Origin: Chromera velia
Lineage: Eukaryota
Reading direction: 5' to 3'
Length of the DNA stretch: 50,559 nt
Assembly: GCA_018398765.1 (NCBI GenBank)
Contig: JAHBMJ010000316.1
Location: forward strand, 1 to 50,559
Position numbers and translations under genes: made by a program. Positions 34,683 through 50,559 of this stretch are shown here, in pieces. Below the pieces are notes generated by a model, which saw nothing but the letters and a program-made list of their open reading frames with translations, had not been told where the DNA came from and made no database searches. Each line of letters opens with the position of its first letter. Within the stretch, counting starts at the first letter, position 1.

Positions 34683-35946
34683 CACTATACTGTTAGGAGT
34701 AACTACCGGCCCTTCTCAGAAAGCTTTTGGTTACCATCAAATTGTTAACTAAAATTTGGTAACTGGGGAGGTCTAAGGGGACTACCGCTACCGCGGTAAT
34801 CTGGTTGCCAGTGTATTTGCCCGCAAATATGTTGGATTGAGATCTAATATAGGAGAAACACATCTTTAAAAACTGTGTATAACGTAAAAAAGATCATTTT
34901 TAAACTTTTTTTATATAACTTGTTTGTATATAATTAGTTACTTAGTCAGTTAGTTAGAGGATGCCTAACCCCAGTTGGAGCGCTAAGCTCCCGGACGGCA
35001 CATACATGCGTCGTTGTTGGCTCCCAGTGGAGTTGATCAATTAATCACTTTCTAGAATTGGGAGACAAGCATTAAAGAGACAGGCCAGATACGAGTGTAG
35101 AAGCGATCGAATGACATTACGGATGAAGAGTTCAGATGTACTTGTACCGGGAAGTGGATAGTTACAATCATTTGAATTAATGGATTCCAGCTCAGCCAGG
35201 CAGTGCAGGAATTCTCTTTCATCCAGCCACTTGGCACATGAAGAAAGTCTATGCATGAAGTCATCAACACACCGAATACAAGAATCATGTATGTACACAG
35301 AGTCTGTGGTCACTATATTCAACAGACAGAGGACTGCTTTAAAATTCGTTTTATGGGATCTTGTGGATTAAATGAGAGCAGACGTAAGAAACCGAACAGA
35401 GAGCTATCGGTTACTGTGAGAGCAAATCAAGGGAGGCCAGAAAAGGAGTAGAGACCAGAGGCGGATTTGTTGTAAAGAAGAAATACAAACATGCGATGAG
35501 AGGAGGGAAAAGCTTGTTGAAGGGGGGTGAGCTTGGTAAGAAGAGGGAAAAGTGAAGAAGCGATAGCCCCCGCCCGCTGCGTGCAGACCTCTTCCACAAC
35601 TACATGTCTAGCTCTGCTTTTAAAAAAGAGAGAGCCGGTGCCTTGAACTCTCCATCGCTGCAGGTGCCTTGAATATCAAGAACTTGAGTTACTTAACTTC
35701 AACTTACATATATTTATGGACATAAAAGAACTTTACAATAAATCTCTCTTTGGTACTCGGTTTACTCGCTAGTTTGTTTTGCTTAAAAGAACAATTACTA
35801 CTGTTTTGGTTACCGAAACATTGAATGGTAATCAATGTGACTCTGCATGATTACCGTAACCTTGAAAATGGTTACCAAGCGGCCTAGTAACGGCCGTCTG
35901 AGTCGGCCTGAGTAACCTTTAGTTAATTGTTCCTAATAGCACAATG
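34683..35946. mobile_element. CACT-ended MITE, copy 1, carrying a LINE insertion
   Basis: Ends CACTATACTGTTAGGAGTAACT and GTTCCTAATAGCACAATG. Colinear with 39235-39752 apart from an insert of about 740 bp. Many GGTTAC/GTAACC subterminal motifs. Confidence 0.85.
34934..35672 (-). mobile_element. 3' fragment of a second LINE family nested in the MITE
   Basis: Absent from MITE copy 2. On the minus strand it ends in a degenerate (CTAA)n tail. It encodes a LINE-type C-terminal zinc motif, SCIRCVDDFMHRLSSCAKWLDER. Confidence 0.7.
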
Positions 35947-37548
35947 CAGGACAACTTGCCAGTGGGTCGCATGACAGCACGTACCACGGTACCAGCAGGG
36001 GCTCAGCCGCTCAGAGCCTTAGACATTCGATCTATATGTGCAGTGACATGCCGTCCTGTTTCGATGTGAATCATCATATGACGTGGGCCTTCGTGCTCGC
36101 CTAAGTAGTAGCCTTCGTGTTATAAATCATGTAGGAGTTTGAATACCGAAGTTTTAATCCTCATATGCTGTGATTGCAGTTTAAGTGGCAAGTGTCTTGT
36201 AGATGAATTGACTCTGAGACCTAGTCTGGGATATAAATGTACGTTGTCATATAGTTGCTGTCCTGTAGCTTAAGTTTGTTCTATTTTATGAATTCACTCT
36301 GTTTGCATATTATACTAGATATCACGTTTGATTCTTTATCAAGTGACTATGACTATGATGTGCCATCATCATCCATATCCAGAGCTAGCTGGATATTTCT
36401 AACGTTAGGCAGGGAAAAGCTGTTATTTTCTATTATTTTCTAGAATGCTACGCTATACTGCCTGAATCAACACTTCAAATCAAAAGCTTCAATCTTGTCA
36501 AGTGCGAGGATGAAAAGGACTATCCTGGACTGGATGGAATTAGATTGAATAACTGATCAAACTTTAAGTATATATCTTGCTAGTGAGGGGCAGTGACAAT
36601 ATATAACTTGTAGTCAAGTTGTAGACCTTCTGATCCTGTATACTGGAGTCAATCAATTTAGGATGGAAACTAGTCACGGAGTCCTTCCACCGCCTTCTTC
36701 AACCCTAGCTTTTGAATTATCCTATTTAGTGTCATGATTAGCTTGTGAGTCGTGATAGTGACGGCGGCCCCAGGTGACACGAGTTTTTAGGTTTTTACAT
36801 ATGTTTTTTCCTTAGTATGAGAAAAAATAAGAGGAGGACTGGCTTAGAGTGGCTAAATCAGATCATAGTTTTTTGACTGACTCATGTTTAATACTGGAAG
36901 AAACTGTTTAGAAATAGATAAACAGCGATGCCACTGACATGATATGATGATGATCGTAACTTGAAATTTATATAATGATCGTCCACCCTTTGTACAATCT
37001 GTCAGGAGGGCTCCTGCTCTACTGTTCACAGTTACTGAAGATAAACGCTCAGTGACAGCCTGAGAGAAGGACCCTGGAACAGGTTTGAACTCTCTGCTCT
37101 GGGGAAGAAAATTTGTTAGGATCGTCTATGATGGTAGTTACTTATTCGGTGAGAAGGGTGTGATGAAGTGCGAACCGGCGGATACATATGAGTTTTGTTG
37201 ACTTATGACACTCTGATTGTATGTAATTGTTATAGATCGATGATCGATCCCCACTGAGTTGAAGTCAACCATGTATGCAAGGTTGATTGAAAATCGCATG
37301 TATAGATATATATATAAAAAACCGTCTCGATCATTTTTTTTTATCTTAATTAATTTTGCTGATGAATCAGTATTGTTCATATCTTTTTTTTTTATGAACA
37401 AAAAATTTTGTAAACAAGGTCGCACGGATTGCGCGCTGAGGCGCGCTGTCAGGATTTCCGAAATTAGTAAAGAGGTATGTATAGGCCATTTAAAAACGAA
37501 AAGAAGTCATCATGAATCTTATATGATATATTATCTTACATCTTACAC

Positions 37549-38668
37549 TAGTGACCATGTTTGATTTGATTATATTTGATTTGATTTGATTTGATTTGAG
37601 CTTCAACCTCAAATATTTGATATTTGAGGTAAGATTTGAGGTTAACCTCTTAGGGTTCCTCACTGAGTCACTGACTTACTATCACTCTAATCATTTTTCT
37701 CATGACAATAGTTATCAGAACATTTCTGATGTGTGTTTCAAAAATTTAAAAAAATATATATAAAATTATAACTTATCAGTTCCATAAAAAAAATATGCCT
37801 GTGTGGCAGTGTATATACACTAGTCACTGAGACTCACTCTAGTACTAATAGAGATTAAGAACGTAAAATTGATAGATTTAAAATTGCATATGACTTTTTG
37901 TTGATACGATAAAGTTAGAGCACGTACCAAAATTGAGGTGACAATCACTCAGCTTTATGGCACTTCCTTTTTCTCTTCTTCATAATCACTTTCTTCAATA
38001 TGAATCGAATCGATCGGTGGTGGGAGCTGCTGAAAACTTTTTTTCTGGCTTTTCGGCTTTCCAGGAGTGGGTGCTCCTGGGCTTCTTCGGCTGCTGCATA
38101 CTCACAGCCACAAATAGTTTCTCTTTCCCCCTCGGCTCCTTGTATTTTCACCTGACACTGAATCACATTGGCCCCCTTTTGCACAGACTATATTTTTTTG
38201 CATACCCGGCTCTAAAAACAAATGCCTCCTTCTTCCCGTTCGACCCTGTCAGATTGTGTGACATGTCTTTACGGGGTGTAAAATGTTTGTAAACGCTCAA
38301 AAAGGGGGCCATAAAAGATGTTCCAGCATTAAAAAAGTTAACACAGCTGTTCGGAAAAACGTTTAGCTGATCGGTTTACCTCTGCATAAAGTAAAAGGGG
38401 GTGAAACGTCAATTTCAATGCAGCTCAAAACGTTTTTTTTTTGAGAGCAAACCATCAAGATTTAGATTTTTTCATTTGAATCAGCATGTGTGACGGATCA
38501 GTACTTGTAAAAGTTTTTTCGGGACCTTCATATTTGAGGTTGAAAGTCATATTGATCAAATATTTGATCGTATTTGATAGGTCTTTAAACACTAGGTCCT
38601 CCCTGACTGGATATTTGATTTGAGCTTAAGCCCTACCTCAAATCAAATCAAATCAAACATAGTCACTA
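37549..38668. mobile_element. Non-autonomous hAT transposon (1120 bp)
   Basis: TIRs TAGTGACCATGTTTGATTTGAT and ATCAAATCAAACATAGTCACTA. Perfect 8-bp TSD TCTTACAC at 37541-37548 and 38669-38676. ATTTG subterminal repeats. The minus-strand segment IQCQVK...ICGCEY may be a BED-finger remnant (weak). Confidence 0.92.
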
Positions 38669-39234
38669 TCTTACACTACCATATAGTCTACTTTTCCGGA
38701 CCGGTTCGATTTCACTTATGTTGAATTCTGTAAAGTTACTAAAGTAGGAGCAGCAGTACAGTCCAGCACTGACCAGTACCGCCTACAGAGACATGCCTCC
38801 CTGCTAGTTGACTCAATGCATTTAACTGATATTGACTAATCAACTTAATCTATAGAGCTGGCTGCTAGTCATCTTACAAAGGCCTTACACTTACCTTGCA
38901 TGCATTGCTACCATAGCCTACATCTAGGCCTACATACATAAATCTAGCTAGGCTGTTTGAGATTTATTAGGGAATGTTAGGGGGTTCACTTTTGATATGT
39001 TTCTGGCCCAGGGCCGTACACGTGCATGGGCTCCAAGCCAGGCTCCGACTCTAGCTGGGACTCTCTCCGTGGTCTAACATACGTTTGTCCACACCCGTAT
39101 ATAAATATATAGGCAATGCATAATAACCCTAGTAACAACCACCTATTATTATATCAAATAGGCCTAGAAATATGCCAGCCAACATTATATATATTAGGTA
39201 TGTAAGCCCAGGGTTAAAGCCCTACTATAGGCTA

Positions 39235-39752
39235 CACTATGCTGTTAGGAGTAACTATACCGGCCCTTCTCAGAAAGTTTTTGGTTACCGTTAAATTAGT
39301 AACCAAAACTTAGTAACTAGAGGGGTCTGAGGGGATTACCACTACCGCGGTAATCTGGCTGTATCTGCCCACAAATGTGTTGCATCGAGGTCTAATATAA
39401 GAGAAATGCATCTTTAAAAACTGTGTATAAGTATAGTACAACGTAAAAAAGATCATTTTTAAACTTTTTTTGTCTAAGTTGTTTCTATAATATCAAGAAC
39501 TTGACTTTAACTTACATATACTTACATATATTTTTAGACATAAGAGGATTTTACAATAAATCTATCTTTGGTATACTCGATTTACCTACTAATTTTTTTT
39601 GCTCAAAAGAACGATTACCACTGTTTTGGTTACCGAAATAACGGTAATCAATATGACTCTGTAGGATTACCGTAACAATGAAAATGGTTACCATGCGGCC
39701 TAACGGCCGCCTCGGCAACCAAACTAAGTTGGTTACTCCTAATAGCACAGTG
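39235..39752. mobile_element. CACT-ended MITE, copy 2 (518 bp, uninterrupted)
   Basis: TIRs CACTATGCTGTTAGGAGTAAC and GTTACTCCTAATAGCACAGTG, with TA on both flanks. Superfamily unresolved (CMC/EnSpm with 2-bp TSD, or Tc1/mariner). Confidence 0.88.
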
Positions 39753-40059
39753 TACTATAGGCCTAGTTCGCGGCTAGTATGAAGTTTTCAAAGCGGATCA
39801 CGACTTTAACCCGATGCAACCATAGATCGATACTAATTTATGCCCGCAGGACTTCGTAGTATACTTCGTACTAGTGCATACAAAATTTCTTAAAATTCAT
39901 CAGTCACGATCAGTGTCAGTGACACTGAATTTACAGTCTGACGTTAAATCACCGGCTTTAACCGCCTCAATTCAATTCAATTCAAATGCAAATATTAGTG
40001 CAGCTTTGAAGTATCACATATAGCTGTATATACGCACTTTAGACTGCTTAATGTTGTAG

Positions 40060-41095
40060 TTATTCTTTGGATGTGTAAGCAGGCAATGCTTTGACAAACG
40101 AATTCAAAGCCGTGGTAAAATTCCCAAACAGGGGGGAATGGATGGAATTGAGGGGGTCCTCAAGACCCGGGGCCGCAGTCTTGGCGAGAGGCATCTCGGG
40201 AGTGATGTTCGGGGCGTAGGCAGGAGACTTGACGACGTGCTCGACGAAAATCTCCGCATAGATCTTTCTGCATCCACACGAAAAAAAGGTCCATGCATAA
40301 AGCTGCTCCAGAGCCAGTGCAATGAGTGGTGATAGTTATCCTGAGAGTGATTTATTGGTGCCCCTGTCTGGAGCACTGTCGTGGCCCTGTCTGGAGATAG
40401 ACTAAATAAGTGAGTAAGTTAGTGAACCTACTGATGATTGACGGGATCGATGTGTCGTTTGTGTTCACTTGAGTGAGAGGACCAAAACGGAAACTTTAGG
40501 GGAAACGGAGACGTGCGCAGACAAAAGAGGGAAAGGAAGGTGGCTGGACTGGAAAACCGAACAATCCACACGGCACCCACCGATGCAAATAAATTATCTG
40601 ACGGGCGAGACGAAAACAGACGACCGACCGAAGTGAATACAGAGTTGTGAGTCACAATATGAATGAGACGGCGCGCTTGATGCAGGCATTCCTTCGAGCT
40701 GCCTTAGGCTAGCCATGGAAGGGCTTGAATGCAGAGAATCCGATCATCCATCCTTCCATCCATCCATCCATCCTTCCATCCATTCATCCAGCCAGCCAGC
40801 CATCCACCCATCCATCCAGCCAGCCAAGGAAGCAATCAAATAAATAAAACAACCTCATGCATGCATCAGGAAAGAAGAGAAAGAAAGATGCCTCTCCCAA
40901 CCAAAGAAAAAGAGGCATGAGGGGTAGAGGGAACCCTCCACAGCTCGAGAGAAACTTAAACCTTTTTTGTATGTTTTCGCTGTTGCACCCACCCACCACC
41001 CACCACCCACCTCATGTCTTCCCTCAAGTCAGGCACTGAGGGATCAGTCATGAACAGAAACTGCAAACAAAAACGTGCGCACGCAAAGAAGGCAA

Positions 41096-41135
<40 letters not shown>

Positions 41136-41324
41136 ACACGAATATTGTTCACACACAGCCAGACAGTTGGAGAGAAAGTGGTGCAGACAGCTGTAGAGGG
41201 ACGAAGACACGGCGGGGGGGGGAGTGCGTTAAGTGATTGTCCTGCTGAGAAGATGACAGGAACGAAGAAACAGAAAAGAAATTTTTTCATCACGGGCAGC
41301 ATTCCCACCCCACCCACAACTTTG

Positions 41325-41360
<36 letters not shown>

Positions 41361-41888
41361 ACACCGCCCGACACCCCGCCGGAAGAAAAGACACCCACCC
41401 ACCCACCAACACACACACACACACCAACCTTGTATCCGCTTGGGGACTCAAAGCAGTGCAGCTTATAAAAGAGAGTGCTGAAACTGTTGAACGATGGAGA
41501 CCTGCACGGGGGAAAGAAACAAAAAAGAAGAGGATGCGTCCTGTCTCGCACAGAGTCAACACATCACTGCAGGGGAGGGAACGAAAACACAGACATGCCA
41601 AAGCAAAACAGAGACCCCTCTGCATTTAGCGGGACCGAAAGAGGGGCATGCAGGGCGGATGCAAGCAGTGAAAGTGAGTTTACAAACGACTCGGGAGAGA
41701 CAACAGGGAGGGAGGACTGAGTGAGAAATCTGTCTTGACATTTTTCCGGCAGCCAAGAGACCCGCGCGTGAGGGAGTGCGCAGAGAAGAGCACTACAGAA
41801 AGAGAGAGATGAACAAAGCGCAGGCCTGCGGGAACGTGGGCAGACACTTGAAGAGCGCAAAAGAAAACAGAGAGCGGCACATGTGAGG

Positions 41889-41972
<84 letters not shown>

Positions 41973-42057
41973 AGAGAGAAGCAGAGCAAGAAGAAGAAAG
42001 CGATAAAGAAAGAAAGAAAGAAAGAAGGAAGGAAGGAAGGAAGGAATGAAGGAACGA

Positions 42058-42089
<32 letters not shown>

Positions 42090-42219
42090 AAAGAAAGAAA
42101 GAAAGAAAGAAAGAAAGAAACTAAGAAAGAAAAACAGACAGAAAGAAAGAAAGAAAGAAAGAAACGAAAAAAGGAGAAGGGGAGAGGGAGAGAGAGGGAG
42201 GGAGGGGGAGAGAGAGGGA

Positions 42220-42275
<56 letters not shown>

Positions 42276-42746
42276 AGCTTGCCAAAAGCACGGAAAGTGT
42301 CGGGAAGAACTATGTACGGGTAGCAAACACAAAGTAGACCTCGTTTTTCGTTCACGGCTTCCAGGCAATCCTAGGAGCAGCCGGAAACAAGAAGACAAAG
42401 TACATCAACCAATGCTTGTCAAAGGGAGTACGAGACAGTCTGTGTGTGAGAGGCTTCTTCTTCACTGACACCCAAGGAAAAGAGTCGTGTTTCTGGAGTG
42501 GACAAGCAAGTTACGGGCTCCAGACACCCTCATGCGTGCATGGGACGAGGAAAGGGAGGGGGAGAAGGGATTTCCTTTGACTGACGCCATAGGTGCGACT
42601 TTTTGGCTGAAGTTCTTCAATGAAAACAGCAGACCGGAGATCAGCTTCACTTCACCCGCCAGCTGTTTTGGGGGCTTCCCCGACTTTACCCACTCAGTGA
42701 AGTAGATGCAAGTCTGCCGGTGAAATATGAAGAAGTTGTAGATCAT
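40060..42746 (-). CDS. TRAPPC1: Trafficking protein particle complex subunit 1 (Bet5, sybindin-like longin fold), 4 exons
   Basis: Exons 42746-42586, 41501-41429, 41060-41011 and 40267-40060 splice in frame: [19 protein letters not shown]...[19 protein letters not shown]...[28 protein letters not shown]...[16 protein letters not shown]...LNSFVKALP. This matches recalled Bet5/TRAPPC1 motifs. Confidence 0.93.
41889..42270. repeat. Intronic compound (CA)n(GA)n(GAAA)n microsatellite
   Basis: Seen directly inside TRAPPC1 intron 1. Confidence 0.95.
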
Positions 42747-43769
42747 CTTCACACGCCGCCAGTACTGCCTCCTGCTGCTTCCGCTTCTGTTCTGCCAGAC
42801 AAGGATTCACTTCCCCTTGTACAAAGACACTGCCTTTACCTTCCAGGCAGACGTCTAACTGTTCGAATGTAGGGGAACGTGGAGGAAGGCAATGGTATAC
42901 TTTTGCATGGCTAGGAAGGCCACATCTAAGGGATCAAGTCGGCATGAGTCTTCGTCTGCATGATCACCTGCAGGAATCCTGGCAATGGCAACGCACCGCC
43001 AATTTACCGACCGACGGTGCGGCTTCGGAATAATACTTCTTCCGCACCTGGATACATGCAACTGGCAATGGTGGAGAAGACTCCACGCTGTCGGGGAATC
43101 AACGTTGGCGCAGATGATTCGGCTGCCAGCCAGGCGAAGCCGCGAAGATTGGCGTCGAATTGGACGATTCAAGCATGGTCATGCAAGCCGTCTACCATCG
43201 TATACCATCGTCTACCTCAAAGCTGCACGCGTTGGCCGTCTCATGCCGTCTCCGCCAGTCAACGTCGTGATACGTCGTGTGGTTGTGCGGCGGCGCGCGT
43301 GAAGAGGACCCGGCCGGCCGCCGCGCATCTGCGCCCCGCCGCCACGCAATGATCAAGCCGGCGCTGCCAGAATTTTTTTTCCAGTCCTTTTTCTTTCCAG
43401 CGCCTTAATTCCAGATCTTGCCAGCTGATCGATGACTGGTCACAATGACATTTCGAATTGTGATAGGTGTGCATAATTGTTTGCACGTGCTGGAAGGACG
43501 AAGCCAGTCTGGTTGGTCCAGCATTCCGACTCCGGTTCCGTGTAAATCAAGGGCGAGAAGAATTCCTTCTTTGTATTTCTTCCCTCGTCTCCAGACTTCG
43601 TCTCCAGATTGAGAGCGCCCGGGACGTGAGACCCTAAAGAGAGAGAACGTGCTGTGCAGATCTTAAAATCTGCAGTCTTGATCTCTTGTGTTGTGCTTGC
43701 TCTGAGCTCTTCAAGGCTCTGGGTGCTTTTTTGTGATTTCCTTTTTCCTTTGTTACATTCCTTCAACTG
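42747..43769. promoter_or_regulatory. Probable bidirectional promoter and 5' UTR region between TRAPPC1 and the USP gene
   Basis: The head-to-head start codons are about 1 kb apart, with a CpG-rich core at about 43200-43370. No TE was recognised here. Confidence 0.55.

Positions 43770-50559
<6,790 letters not shown>

Noticed and set aside
36000..37500. Possible decayed coding or transposase sequence
   Set aside because: The frames I read are broken by stops and no motif was recognisable.
43432..43438. ATGACTG micro-exon as first USP exon
   Set aside because: Its donor GTCACA lacks the +5 G seen in all other donors. Exon 43770-43788 fits better.

Overview
Eukaryotic nuclear DNA with GT-AG introns, many microsatellites and several N gaps. 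The intron style (donors GTCAGT/GTGAGT/GTTGGT) and gene content suggest a chromerid alveolate such as Chromera; this is inference. I assembled five host genes by hand: a Nup58/Nup49-like coiled-coil ORF (-), a tandem CCCH zinc-finger gene (+), a secreted Cys-rich precursor with repeated RRxL motifs (+), TRAPPC1/Bet5 (-), and a USP47-like deubiquitinase (+) that runs off the right end. The gene blocks alternate with AT-rich blocks of nested transposons. These hold a full-length degenerate chromodomain Ty3/Gypsy element, a 5'-truncated CRE-clade (RLE) non-LTR element, two LINE remnants, a non-autonomous hAT, two copies of a CACT-ended MITE and several other TIR elements. The most notable observations are: (1) the CRE family appears to have inserted twice at the palindromic centre of one MITE; (2) the secreted precursor looks like a polyprotein cut at RRxL sites into Cys-rich peptides, one with a C-C-CC-C-C framework; (3) the two LTRs differ almost only by transitions; (4) a 48-bp palindrome sits between exact 26-bp direct repeats. 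All coordinates and counts were made by eye, with no database searches.
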